DNA of 64,000 nucleotides from Candidatus Latescibacterota bacterium (GCA_965204745.1 OZ242010.1:3040001-3104000); one strand, 5' to 3'; counted from the first letter of the stretch, positions 43,486 to 53,536 are shown. Notes: generated by a model from the letters alone, not told the origin. Numbers and translations are program-made.

Positions 43486-45798
43486 TTATTTGATTGGTTC
43501 AAGGCGGTTCACATCCGGCTCCAGTGCCGCATGCAACAGGGCGTCGAGCAGGCGTTGCTTGGTATCGTTTCCGGCAACGAGACTCGCCTCCAGCCGATCA
43601 CACAATGCCATCAGTTCATCCACTTTGGCGACGATGCGGTGTTGTTCGGCGAGGGGCGGGCAGGGGATCGAGATATTTGAAATTGATTCTCGATTTAGGG
43701 TTGCGCCCTTTATTGCTCCCTTCGTGTCACCTTGTCGCGCAAAAAAGGGCAATATCTTAAAGAGATAAGGATCGAGCTCCGAAACATACGGACGTATAGA
43801 GATGATTGCTTCGTTGTGGTAAGCGGGAATGCCAAGCCGCGCTATTTTTCCGATAGTCAACTTGAAACTCATAATCATCGTGCCGACTTGTTTGGGGGCG
43901 GAACGAAAAATTTGTTTGGCTGCTTTCTCGCTGACCGTCTCTTTTGTCGTCATGAGTGTCTCGCCATCGCCCATGTCTGAGATACTGATCCATGGGTAAT
44001 CGCCTGTGTTCCAAAAAGACAACTCATTTCGAGTTGGAGTACGACCCGCCGAGAAGTCCGCGATGTTTCCAAACTTTACCCAACGCCACTTCGCAGGAAT
44101 GCCAAAAGGACGCTCATCAATCTCGATAGCGGGAAGTACTTTGCCCTTCCGAATCTCTCCTCTCTTCACCAACCGCGCTTTTTCTTTTTTAATCCGCTTC
44201 AACAGTTCCGCCGCCGGTTCGTCATTTGGGTCTTGTAGCACGAGTTTGCCGCGCACTGCGAGGTCGAGGATGAAGTGGCGCAGGCGTGGGATGGCGTCAG
44301 GCGCGTCTGCGACTTGTGTAAAGTGGGCGAGCAGTTGATCGGTGTTCATCGCAGCAGTGCCCAAAACTGTCTTTAACTGATCGCGCAAGGTCGCGGTTTC
44401 CGATTCGGTCGCGGTCAGATAGGTCAGAAGTTCCTCGGGATCGCCGGGGGCGTCTTCGGCTGTGTGTGGGTTCTTGATGTCGAGGTTGTAGCCACGCGCC
44501 TTGACTTCTTCCGCGGTGACTTGCCAAGCGCGTTCTGTTTTCCTGCGGCCCGTGCGTTCTGGCCCGCCCCACCAATCCATGCAGTCTCGTAGGTGTTCTA
44601 TTCGGATCGGCTTGGTCTTGGAATAGGATTTCTGGCCTTTGGGCACCAGATGTTCGTAAAACCATATCCGCTCGGTTGGCGCGCCCTTTTCAAAGAACAG
44701 CAAGTTGGTGCCGATAGAGGCATAGGGCTGGAACACGGAATTGGGCAAGCGGACAATGGTGTGGAGATTGCATTCCGCCATCAGGTGTTCCTTGAGCCGG
44801 GTTTTGACGCCTTCGCCAAACAGCGAGCCATCGGGCAGAACCACTGCGGCGCGACCGCCCGGCTTCAAGACGCGGATGATGAGGGCGAGGAACAAGTCCG
44901 CGGTTTCCTTTGTGCGGAAATGCTGTGGAAAATTGCTCTCGATCCCATCTTCTTCCTTGCCCCCAAAGGGCGGATTGGTGAGCACGATATCTACCCGATC
45001 CCGCTTTTCCCAACTGATATAGGGCCGCGCCAAGGTGTTGTCGTGGGTGACAAAGCTCGGGTTTTTAATTTTGTGCAACAGCATGTTGGTAACGCAAAGC
45101 ATGTGCGGCAGTTGTTTCTTGTCCACGGCGCGGAGCGAGGTCTGTATCCTTTCCACGTCTTCGGGCCGTTTGACGTACCGGGCGCGCATGTGGCGCAATG
45201 AACACGTCAGAAAGCCGCCCGTGCCGCAGGCCGGGTCAAACAGGATTTCCCCCGGCTTGGGATCGATGCGGTCGACCATGAAGGCGGTGACGGCGCGTGG
45301 GGTGTAGTATTCACCGGCATTGCCCGCGGATTGCAGGTCGTTCAAGATCTGTTCGTAGATGTCGCCAAAATGCTGGATTTCGGCCAGGTCGTTGAAGTCG
45401 ATCTCGTTGATCTTGTTCACCACTTGGCGCATCAACTGCCCGGACTTCATGTAGTTGTAGGCGTCCTCAAACACACTTCGCACCACGCGGCGGCGGTCGT
45501 CGGATGGGCCGGTCGCGTGGAGATTTTTCAGTGCCGGGAACAAATCGTCGTCGATAAAGGCGATCAGTTTTTCGCCGGTGATGCCCTCGGCATCGCCCGC
45601 CCATGTGCGCCACTGAAACCGCTTTGGGATTGGGGATGTGTAGTTTTCCTCGGTCAGTTCTAATTCTTTGTCCTGATCGTCGATGATTTTGAGAAAGAAC
45701 ATCCAGCACAGTTGACCGATGCGCTGCGCGTCGCCATCGACGCCGGTATCTCGGCGCATGATGTCTTGGATGGATTTGACCAACGTGTTGACGGACAT
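43486..45798 (-). CDS. hsdM: Type I RM methylase HsdM fused in frame to a half (single-TRD) HsdS
   Basis: GEYYTPR, DPACGTGGF, NPPF; then MNTDQLL..ILDLAVRGKLV.QDPNDEPA..PFGIPAKWRW..PPLAEQHRIVAKVDELMALCD with no intervening stop. Confidence 0.9.
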   Translation of the reverse strand: MSVNTLVKSIQDIMRRDTGVDGDAQRIGQLCWMFFLKIIDDQDKELELTEENYTSPIPKRFQWRTWAGDAEGITGEKLIAFIDDDLFPALKNLHATGPSDDRRRVVRSVFEDAYNYMKSGQLMRQVVNKINEIDFNDLAEIQHFGDIYEQILNDLQSAGNAGEYYTPRAVTAFMVDRIDPKPGEILFDPACGTGGFLTCSLRHMRARYVKRPEDVERIQTSLRAVDKKQLPHMLCVTNMLLHKIKNPSFVTHDNTLARPYISWEKRDRVDIVLTNPPFGGKEEDGIESNFPQHFRTKETADLFLALIIRVLKPGGRAAVVLPDGSLFGEGVKTRLKEHLMAECNLHTIVRLPNSVFQPYASIGTNLLFFEKGAPTERIWFYEHLVPKGQKSYSKTKPIRIEHLRDCMDWWGGPERTGRRKTERAWQVTAEEVKARGYNLDIKNPHTAEDAPGDPEELLTYLTATESETATLRDQLKTVLGTAAMNTDQLLAHFTQVADAPDAIPRLRHFILDLAVRGKLVLQDPNDEPAAELLKRIKKEKARLVKRGEIRKGKVLPAIEIDERPFGIPAKWRWVKFGNIADFSAGRTPTRNELSFWNTGDYPWISISDMGDGETLMTTKETVSEKAAKQIFRSAPKQVGTMIMSFKLTIGKIARLGIPAYHNEAIISIRPYVSELDPYLFKILPFFARQGDTKGAIKGATLNRESISNISIPCPPLAEQHRIVAKVDELMALCDRLEASLVAGNDTKQRLLDALLHAALEPDVNRLEPIK

Positions 45799-45799
45799 G

Positions 45800-48178
45800 T
45801 TAAGCGACCTCCAGGTAAAGTGCGGATTGCAAATCGCGGGCGGCTTCAAGAAATTCGTCCCTGCCGCCAAAGGCATTGATCAACTGCACGGGGGTGCCGA
45901 GTTCGGTGAACGGCGGAATTTGTAGCACCTTGGTATCGAAATCGATCACGCCCTCGTCGGCGTACTTGTCCAAGAGGGCGTTGAGCACGGCACGGGCCTG
46001 CTTCCCGTACTTGGTGAACGCATCTCGCTTTCGGACATTCGCGGCGCGCTCGCGGCGGGTCAGGGGCGTGGCGTCAAAGGCGAGATGGCAAATGAGGTCA
46101 AAGGGATCGAGATCCTCGCCCTCGGCGAGCATGTCGAGTGCCAGTCCTCTATCTCTCAATTCTTCAACAATCGCTCGCTTGCGCTCTGCCGCGTTCCATC
46201 GCCCGAGAAAGTCGTCGAGGCTGGCGAAGTGCTTTTTGAGTTCCTTTTTGGTAAAGTCGCGCAAGGACTCGGCGGTCAATCTGCCATACTTGTCGAGGTA
46301 TTCCACGCGCTCGGCAATGATTTCTACCCCGACCCCATCCACGTACACTTTTTGCGCGCCGCTGAGATGTGGTCGTTGATCGGGGAATATGGGATCCGTG
46401 CCGTCCTCTGGATACGGCTCATCGTCGGGCGGAATCATGGGATCGCCATCGCCCGGCTCGTAAATCTGCACGGGTTCGCCATCGAAATCCGGTTCCGCGA
46501 AATGGCTCGTCGCGCCCCGGAAATCCATCAAAGTAAAGTAAAATTTGTGCGTGTCCTCGTGTACGCGCGTGCCCCGCCCGACGATCTGTTTGAACTCGGT
46601 CATGGAACCGACGATGCGGTCGAGCACAATCAAGCGGCAGGTTTGGACATCGACGCCGGTGGAAAGCAGGCGCGAGGTCGTGACCAATACGGGATATGTG
46701 GATTCCGGGTCCATAAAGTTGTCGAGTTGGGCCTGACCTTCGGGGTCGTTGCCGGTGATACGCATGACATAGTGGTGGTTCTGATCTACCAAATCGGCGT
46801 TCTCATTGACGAGGGCTTGTCTCATGCGGCCGGCGTGTTCTTGGTCGACGCAAAAGATGATCGTTTTCTGGAACCGGTCGCCGCTTTCCTTCAGAAATTG
46901 CGTCACCTTGCGGGCGACCAACTCGGTGCGTTCGTCCAACACCAGGGTGTGGTCAAAGTCCCTGGCGTTGTAGATGCGGTCTTCGATCTCATTGCCGTAT
47001 CGGTCGCGTTGGTCTCTTTCCGGGCGATAGCCTTCCACATCCCGGTCAATATGAACTTTGATGACTTTGTAGGGCGCGAGAAAGCCATCTTGGATGCCTT
47101 GTTTCAAGGAGTAGGAATAGATCGGATCCCCAAAGTAATGGATGTTGGAGTCGTACTTGGTTTCCTTGGGTGTGGCGGTTAGGCCGATCTGCGTGGCGGC
47201 AGAGAAATACTCCAGAATTTCCCGCCAAGCCGAATCCTCGGCAACACTGCCCCGATGGCACTCGTCAACCACGATCAAATCAAAAAAGGTGGGCGATAAC
47301 TCGCGGAAAACTTTCTGGCGCTCCTCCGGGCCGGTGATCGCTTGATAGAGGCCGAGATAGATCTCATAAGCCGTATCGACGCGGCTATTTTTTGTGCTGC
47401 CCTCCCCGCGTTCAATGGTGCCTGAACGGGTCGAGAGTTTGGTCATTGCCGGGCCGAAGGGTCGGAAATCGTTGCTTTGGGTCTGATCGATCAGCACATT
47501 GCGGTCAGCCAAAAACAAGACGCGCTTTTTGATGCCCGCCTTCCACAGCCGATAGATGATTTGAAAGGCGGTGTAGGTTTTGCCGGTGCCCGTTGCCATC
47601 ACGAGCAGAATGCGGTCATGTCCGCGGGCAATGGCTTCGGTGACAGCGTTGATGGCCTTGACTTGGTAATAGCGCGGCTCTTTGCCCCTGGGATCGTGGA
47701 AGTAGTCTTGGAGGACGATTTTCTCGGCTTCGGGCGTCCAGCCCTTCCAAGTTCGATAGCGCGTCCAGAGCGCATCGGGCGATGGGAACGCGTCGAGACT
47801 GAGGATCGTTTCTCGTTTTGAGCCGAGGCCGGTTCGGTCATGAAACACAAAGCCATCGCCATTGGAGGAAAACACAAAGGGAATGTCCAGGGCAGCGGCG
47901 TAGTTGAGGGCTTGTTGCATGCCGTCACCGATGGCGAGGGTGTTCTTCTTGGCTTCGATGAGCGCGATGTGGAGGTTGGGTTTGTTTTTGTAATGCAGGA
48001 TGTAGTCGGCCCGTTTGCTCTCGCCTCGACAGACCAACTTGCCGCGCACGTTGATCTGCCCCTTGGCGAATGGGTACTCCTCGCGGATTTGCGACATGAG
48101 GTCCCACCCGGCACGGCACAAGGCCGGCGTGATGACCTTGGTGCAAATGTCGCGCTCGCTCAACCGCTTTTTGTCCAT
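45800..48178 (-). CDS. hsdR: Type I restriction subunit HsdR (EcoAI/EcoEI-like)
   Basis: ADYIL..IEAK, PRYYQ, MATGTGKT, DECHRG, GLTATP, LSTGVD, QIVGRGTR, EcoEI-R-like C-terminus. Confidence 0.93.
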   Translation of the reverse strand: MDKKRLSERDICTKVITPALCRAGWDLMSQIREEYPFAKGQINVRGKLVCRGESKRADYILHYKNKPNLHIALIEAKKNTLAIGDGMQQALNYAAALDIPFVFSSNGDGFVFHDRTGLGSKRETILSLDAFPSPDALWTRYRTWKGWTPEAEKIVLQDYFHDPRGKEPRYYQVKAINAVTEAIARGHDRILLVMATGTGKTYTAFQIIYRLWKAGIKKRVLFLADRNVLIDQTQSNDFRPFGPAMTKLSTRSGTIERGEGSTKNSRVDTAYEIYLGLYQAITGPEERQKVFRELSPTFFDLIVVDECHRGSVAEDSAWREILEYFSAATQIGLTATPKETKYDSNIHYFGDPIYSYSLKQGIQDGFLAPYKVIKVHIDRDVEGYRPERDQRDRYGNEIEDRIYNARDFDHTLVLDERTELVARKVTQFLKESGDRFQKTIIFCVDQEHAGRMRQALVNENADLVDQNHHYVMRITGNDPEGQAQLDNFMDPESTYPVLVTTSRLLSTGVDVQTCRLIVLDRIVGSMTEFKQIVGRGTRVHEDTHKFYFTLMDFRGATSHFAEPDFDGEPVQIYEPGDGDPMIPPDDEPYPEDGTDPIFPDQRPHLSGAQKVYVDGVGVEIIAERVEYLDKYGRLTAESLRDFTKKELKKHFASLDDFLGRWNAAERKRAIVEELRDRGLALDMLAEGEDLDPFDLICHLAFDATPLTRRERAANVRKRDAFTKYGKQARAVLNALLDKYADEGVIDFDTKVLQIPPFTELGTPVQLINAFGGRDEFLEAARDLQSALYLEVA

Positions 48179-48189
48179 AGCGCGTCCTT

Positions 48190-49158
48190 TCATACATACC
48201 GAATATTCTTCCCCAGCGTTGCCACCATTTCGCCGGTCGCCACCATGGGGCGGGCGTTTTCCGACCAGAAGATCGATTCCTCTGGGGCGCGCAGGGTTTC
48301 GAGCACATTGCCGAATGGATCCGTGATGTCTGCGATGGGGTCGCCTTTTTGCAAGTGGTCGTAGCGTTGTGCGTGAAATTCTATGAAGCCGCCCCGATTG
48401 GACAGCAGGGTTAAAAATCCATCCACCACCACTTGTCTTTTGGGAATGTGCGGTTCGCCCGGGATGACGCCGTAGTACTTCAGCGCGTTCTCCACGCCCC
48501 GAATGCCCTTTTGAATGCTCGCCCTGTCCCAGCCTGGGCAACCGCCGAGTTCCGGATCGATGGTCGGGATGCCTTCATCCGGGGCCGCGCGCGCCAGTTG
48601 CCCTTCGGGGCCGCGCTGGTCGAGGATGTACCCGATGCCAAATACCTGTGCCATTTCCATGCAGGCGCGATGAATGCGTTTGCGCCGGTCCACGCGCACG
48701 CGCACTTCGTCGATCATGGGGCGTTGCCCGCCTTGGTGCAAGTCGATGCAGTAATCGGCCTGCCGCACGGCATTGTGGAACAACCGATGGGCGATGCGCT
48801 CGCTCGAGGTGCCGTCTGTGCGCCCGGGGAAACACCGATTCATCTTTTTTTTGTCGATGGGGCTGAATGCCCGATGCGCGTGAAAGGCGTGGAAATTGGC
48901 GATCAGCACCGCGATGATCTGCCCGCTCATCGCGGTTGGATCCAGCCGCTTCAACACCTGCCGAATCACGGCCACGCCATTTAACTCGTCCCCGTCGCTG
49001 ATGGCCTGCAAGTAAAAGGTCGGGCCTTCCCGAACCCCATTGATCAGGGAGACCGGCACGCGCGCAGGCGATCCGTCCTGCATCTCGGCCACTTTCAAAT
49101 AGCCATCCACGCGCTGCCCCGGCTCGGCCCTGAGATGTTCAACGCGAAGCATGTTCAT
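48190..49158 (-). CDS. Succinylglutamate desuccinylase/aspartoacylase (M14)-family protein
   Basis: SDGDELNG, MNRCFPG, IDLHQG, PELGG, C-terminal biotinyl-like domain; AGGAG RBS. Confidence 0.85.
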   Translation of the reverse strand: MNMLRVEHLRAEPGQRVDGYLKVAEMQDGSPARVPVSLINGVREGPTFYLQAISDGDELNGVAVIRQVLKRLDPTAMSGQIIAVLIANFHAFHAHRAFSPIDKKKMNRCFPGRTDGTSSERIAHRLFHNAVRQADYCIDLHQGGQRPMIDEVRVRVDRRKRIHRACMEMAQVFGIGYILDQRGPEGQLARAAPDEGIPTIDPELGGCPGWDRASIQKGIRGVENALKYYGVIPGEPHIPKRQVVVDGFLTLLSNRGGFIEFHAQRYDHLQKGDPIADITDPFGNVLETLRAPEESIFWSENARPMVATGEMVATLGKNIRYV

Positions 49159-49270
49159 CGCTCCTGAAAAAAGCCACTTGCCATTTGATTTCCCCAAAAA
49201 AATAGGGGAATGCCTGTGGTGTCAACGCAAACTCGGTGGCAGTCATGTCAGGCGGTACATTATCCGCTTG

Positions 49271-49307
49271 AAAAAAAAAGAGCCGACCCATTTCTGGATC
49301 GGCTTTT
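49271..49307 (-). terminator. Rho-independent terminator with no upstream minus-strand gene
   Basis: Minus strand agccgatcca-gaaa-tgggtcggct then T9. Confidence 0.65.
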
Positions 49308-49386
49308 GTCATGGTGCCAACGAGAGGCTTTGTGTGCGGTTTGGTATTATACCAATTTGATTTTATACTAAATTGATTTTCTATTA

Positions 49387-49821
49387 GGTTGTGTTGACAT
49401 TTCATTTTTTTTTGCGTTACGCACAGATTAGCAAATGTGTTGCTTGCTCATTTAATGCGCTTCCTTTGATGGCGTTGCGAGAGGGGACCTATCCCCCGGC
49501 CCCGTTATTCGCTTCGCTCATTGTAGGCTACGCCTGTGCCTACGAGGAAAGGGGAGTAAAGCTCCTTTGATGGCTTAGAGCTCTAGTTGCTCTGATGGCG
49601 TTGACCGAAGGCATAAAGCGATTAAAAATCCCTCATCAATCCCCTCGCAAAACCGCTCACAGTTCCCCCCCTTCCTCAAAGGAAGGGGGGCCAGGGGGGT
49701 AGGTCCCGATAAGGAGCGACTATTTCAGTTTCTCAAACCGAGAGCATATTCTGCGATAGGGCTTGATTTTCTCGATAAACCGCTCAAGCCAGTTGCTTTG
49801 CTCCTAAATGTCAACAGAACC
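49387..49821 (-). mobile_element. IS5-derived MITE (copy 2, inverted)
   Basis: Reverse-complement homolog of 34264-34684 with the same TIRs (ggttgtgttgacattt...aaatgtcaacagaacc); TA on both flanks. Confidence 0.8.
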
Positions 49822-49837
49822 TAACCACTTGTTTTTT

Positions 49838-50518
49838 ATGACCCTATTTTTCTTCCAATCCCTCGCCATCCTGCAAAAGGACCTGAAAATCGAATGGCGC
49901 ACGCGAGAGCGGCTCAGCGCGATGGTTTTCTTTGCCTTTTTGGTCGTGCTCATTTTCAACTTTGCATTTGAACCCGCATCGCCTATACTGAACAGGGCCG
50001 CGCCCGGCATCTTTTGGATCGCCACGGTCTTTGCCGGCCTGTTGGGCCTGAGCCGATCCTTTGCCATAGAAAAACAGAACGACTGCCTGATGGGGTTGCG
50101 CCTCACCCCTGCGGATCCGGGCGCGATATTTTTGGGCAAAATGTTGGGGAACGCGATCACCATGCTCATCTTGGACGCGCTCATCCTGCCCGTTCTCGTG
50201 GTTTTTCTCAACGTGGAGATCGCGCCTGCACTGCCGGGGTTGGCGTTGCCCATTTTGTTTGGCACCCTGGGCTTTGCCGCTGTGGGCACCCTGTTCGCGG
50301 CGATGTCGCTCAACACCCGATTGCAAGAAGCCCTGTTGCCCCTGCTCACCTTGCCCCTGCTCGTACCGGCATTGCTCGCCGCGATGGAATCATTTCGCGC
50401 TGTTCTCGCGGGCCATCCCCTATCGGAAATTTCGGACTGGCTCGCGCTCGGCGGCGCGTTTGTCGCGCTCTTTGTCGCGGCGTGTCTGCTCTTGTTCGAA
50501 TACGTGTTGGAGGACTGA
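49838..50518 (+). CDS. ccmB: Heme exporter protein B
   Basis: AILQKDLKIEWRTRE, APGIFW..FAGLLGLSRSF..E, IFLGK, LLPLLTLPLLVP. Confidence 0.9.
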   Translation: MTLFFFQSLAILQKDLKIEWRTRERLSAMVFFAFLVVLIFNFAFEPASPILNRAAPGIFWIATVFAGLLGLSRSFAIEKQNDCLMGLRLTPADPGAIFLGKMLGNAITMLILDALILPVLVVFLNVEIAPALPGLALPILFGTLGFAAVGTLFAAMSLNTRLQEALLPLLTLPLLVPALLAAMESFRAVLAGHPLSEISDWLALGGAFVALFVAACLLLFEYVLED

Positions 50519-50520
50519 CC

Positions 50521-51231
50521 ATGCATCGGCGGCCCTACATCTTGCCTTTTGTCTTTGGCCTGCTCGCGCTCATCGGCTTGGCTATCGCGCCCTATTTGGT
50601 CTTTCTCCATGCCGGAATCGAAAAAGAAATGGGCTTGGCACAGAAAATTTTTTACTACCACGTCTCCTCGGCCTACGCCATGTACATCGGCTTCTTTCTC
50701 TGCTTTGTGTTTGGCATCCGCTATTTGTGGACGCGGGACAAACGCTGCGATATCTGGGCATCGTGTTCTGCGGAAGTCGGGTTGCTCTTTGCCACGCTGG
50801 TCTTGATCACCGGGCCGATTTGGGCCAAGCCCGTGTGGGGCGCGTGGTGGGTGTGGGATGCACAACTCACCTTGACCCTCGTGCTCTGGCTCATCTTTGC
50901 GGCGTACTTCATGCTGCGTTCCCAGATTGAAGACCCGGCGCAAAACGCGCGTTTTCGCGCTGTGGTCGGCATCGTGGGTTTTCTCAACGTGCCCTTTATT
51001 CACTATGCCACAAAGTTGTGGCGCACGCACCATCCCGAAGTGGTGCGCGGGGAAAAAATCGGCCTGCCCCCGGACATGAAAACGGCGTTCTTTTTTTCGC
51101 TTTTCACCTTTACCCTGCTCTTTCTCGCCCTGCTCTTCAAGCGCGTCTCGCTCGAAAAAGCACGCGCCGAACTCGAATCCCTCAAAGCCGAACTACCACC
51201 CCTCCCGGATTCGGAGAAGGGGCCCCGATAA
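50521..51231 (+). CDS. ccmC: Heme exporter protein C
   Basis: QKIFYYHV, TGPIWAKPVWGAWWVWDAQLT (WWD motif), WRTHHP. Confidence 0.92.
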   Translation: MHRRPYILPFVFGLLALIGLAIAPYLVFLHAGIEKEMGLAQKIFYYHVSSAYAMYIGFFLCFVFGIRYLWTRDKRCDIWASCSAEVGLLFATLVLITGPIWAKPVWGAWWVWDAQLTLTLVLWLIFAAYFMLRSQIEDPAQNARFRAVVGIVGFLNVPFIHYATKLWRTHHPEVVRGEKIGLPPDMKTAFFFSLFTFTLLFLALLFKRVSLEKARAELESLKAELPPLPDSEKGPR

Positions 51232-51252
51232 AATCACTTTCAGGAGACACGG

Positions 51253-51402
51253 ATGCAACACCTCGAATACATGACCGCGGCTTACATCGCAATCTGGGTC
51301 GTCATCTCGATCTACTTTTTGAGCTTGTCCAAACGCGAAAAAGCGATCTGGAAAGCCTTGCAAGACTTGCGCGCCACCCTCGGCAAAGACGACACCCCCT
51401 AG
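51253..51402 (+). CDS. ccmD: Heme exporter protein D (49 aa, below the ORF-track cutoff)
   Basis: AGGAG RBS; MQHLEYMTAAYIAIWVVISIYFLSLSKREK, single TM plus basic tail, directly after ccmC. Confidence 0.75.
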   Translation: MQHLEYMTAAYIAIWVVISIYFLSLSKREKAIWKALQDLRATLGKDDTP

Positions 51403-51406
51403 CCCC

Positions 51407-52225
51407 ATGGCCGTCAAAAACGCGAAACGAATCCTGAGCCTCAAACGCCGAAAAGGGCGGCAGGCCGCACGAAAATACCTCATCGAAGGCTTTCGCCTGT
51501 GCGAAGAAGCCCTCGCGCATTGCGCCACGCTCGAGCAACTCGTCTTTTGCCGCGAGAGCATCGCCCGCAACCAACGCCTCGCAAACCTCTACCAATCGGC
51601 GGTTGCCCAAGGCATCCCCATTCAGCAAACCAACTGGCGCGCCTTCAAAGGCATGTCGGACACGCACACTCCTCAAGGCGTGCTCGGTAGCGTTGCCATG
51701 CAGACATGGGACCGCGAATCCGTTCTCAACACCGACGGCCCGTTCCTCATCCTCGACCGCATCTCGGACCCCGGCAACTTGGGCATGATCGTGCGGACAG
51801 CCGAAGCCGCTGCTTGCGCGGGCATCTTTCTCACTCGCGGCTCGGTCGAACTCCACAACCCCAAAGTCGTGCGCGCGACAATGGGCGCCATCTTTCGCAT
51901 GCCCATCTTTCCCCTGCAAAACGGTTGCGACTTGTTGCGCGACCTGCGCCGCCGCAACATCGCCATCATCGCCGCGCACGTCGACGGTATGGCCTTCCAC
52001 GATCTAAGCGAAAAACCCCCGGTCGCCCTCGTGCTCGGCAACGAGGCGTTTGGCATCGATCCCGCGTACCTCGGGCTTGCCGATCACACCGTCACCATTC
52101 CCATGGCGGCCCCGGTCGAATCGCTCAACATCGCGGTCGCGAGCGGCATTCTCCTGTACAAACTTTGCGAACGGACTGAAATCGCCCCCGGCGTTCTGCG
52201 CGGTCACAATGCAGCCTCCACATGA
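51407..52225 (+). CDS. TrmH-family (SPOUT) RNA methyltransferase
   Basis: YLIEG, TPQGV, LDRISDPGNLGMIVRTA, VLGNEAFG, IPM..VESLNIAVA. Confidence 0.92.
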   Translation: MAVKNAKRILSLKRRKGRQAARKYLIEGFRLCEEALAHCATLEQLVFCRESIARNQRLANLYQSAVAQGIPIQQTNWRAFKGMSDTHTPQGVLGSVAMQTWDRESVLNTDGPFLILDRISDPGNLGMIVRTAEAAACAGIFLTRGSVELHNPKVVRATMGAIFRMPIFPLQNGCDLLRDLRRRNIAIIAAHVDGMAFHDLSEKPPVALVLGNEAFGIDPAYLGLADHTVTIPMAAPVESLNIAVASGILLYKLCERTEIAPGVLRGHNAAST

Positions 52226-52269
52226 GATTTATGTCTCGGAGCGACCACTGACCACCTGTGAGGAATGCC

Positions 52270-53460
52270 ATGCAAAACGACTTCCACCCATCCACATTCG
52301 CGCCGCCGCTCGTGTGGGCGCGTCTCATTTTGGCGAATCGCGGTGTGCCCAAGCCGTATTGGGGCAAACTCGCGCGGATTTTGATCGCCACCGCCATGGC
52401 CACGCCCTTGCGCCTTGCGGAATGGTTGCTGTATTCCCGGCAAATCGCCAACACAAAGATCGAGCAAGACCCTTTGTTCATCTTGGGGTTCGGGCGTTCC
52501 GGCACGACGCACTTGCAGAATCTGCTCGCGCAAGACCCGACGTACGGATACCTGACGACCTTCCAGATGGTCATGCCGACCTTTTCGCTGGTCGGGCGGG
52601 GGTGGTTGAAACGCCGGATGGAAAAAGACATGGGCGAGCAGACCCGTCGGATGGATAACGTGAAAGTCACTCTAGACACGCCGCAAGAGGAAGATGTAGC
52701 ACTCGCCAATTTGAGCGACATGTCCTTTGTCCACCAACTTTCCTTTCCGCAGCAGGGCCGACGGTTGTTAGAAAAGTACGTGCTGATGGGCGCGGACCCC
52801 GATGGCGAGCGTCTGACGGCAAGCGAACTGCGCCGGTGGGAGCGGACGTACCTGCGCGTCTTGCGGAAAATGACGCTCCATGCCGATGGGCGACAACTCT
52901 TGTTGCGAAATACCATCAATATTGGCCGGGTCGATCACCTGTCGCGCCTCTTCCCCGACGCGAAGTTCATTCACATCATTCGCAATCCATACGACGTGTA
53001 TCCGTCGCTCATGAAGTTGTACCGCACCATGCTTCCCCTGTATCAGCTAGACGACTACAAGTGGCCGGAAGTGGAGGAGTTCCTCGTCGAGATTTATCCG
53101 CGCTTGATGCAGAAGTACTTGGCGGACCGCGCTCTGATTCCGGCCGGCCACCTGGCGGAAGTGCGCTTTGAGGATCTCGAGCGCGACCCCCTCGGCGAAC
53201 TGGCGCGGCTCTACGCCGAGCTCGACCTGCCCGACTGGGAAAACGCCCAGACGCATATCGCCGCGTACCTCGAGACCATCGCCGGTTATCGCAAGAACGC
53301 GTTCCGAATCGATCCAGCGATTATTGAGCGGGTAGATGAGAAATGGCGGTTCGCCGTAGAAGAGTGGAACTATCGGCCGCCGAGCGGCGATTCCCAAAGA
53401 GCTGCTCACCGGCGTTCTGCCCGGTCACAACGCAATTTTCACCTGAGAGCTAGGGCTTGA
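52270..53460 (+). CDS. Sulfotransferase (Stf3-like), paralog 1
   Basis: GFGRSGTTHL 5'-PSB loop, R.MDN, PQEE, HIIRNPY..YPS, VRFEDL; 22 aa C-terminal extension. Confidence 0.88.
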   Translation: MQNDFHPSTFAPPLVWARLILANRGVPKPYWGKLARILIATAMATPLRLAEWLLYSRQIANTKIEQDPLFILGFGRSGTTHLQNLLAQDPTYGYLTTFQMVMPTFSLVGRGWLKRRMEKDMGEQTRRMDNVKVTLDTPQEEDVALANLSDMSFVHQLSFPQQGRRLLEKYVLMGADPDGERLTASELRRWERTYLRVLRKMTLHADGRQLLLRNTINIGRVDHLSRLFPDAKFIHIIRNPYDVYPSLMKLYRTMLPLYQLDDYKWPEVEEFLVEIYPRLMQKYLADRALIPAGHLAEVRFEDLERDPLGELARLYAELDLPDWENAQTHIAAYLETIAGYRKNAFRIDPAIIERVDEKWRFAVEEWNYRPPSGDSQRAAHRRSARSQRNFHLRARA

Positions 53461-53536
53461 TTTATCTCTGCAAACCCTCTATATACGCAAGGTGCTGTTC
53501 CGCTGTTCTTCTGTCGCTTCCAAGCGAAGAATGCCC

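Noticed and set aside
48179-48541. N-terminal 120 aa extension of HsdR in the ORF track
   Set aside because: Overlaps the M14-family gene; the family-typical start is MDKKRLSERDIC at 48178
34264-49821. Composite transposon bounded by the two inverted MITEs
   Set aside because: Copy 1 has its own TTA duplication inside a continuous repeat tract, and the sugar-nucleotide cluster straddles it; independent insertions are simpler
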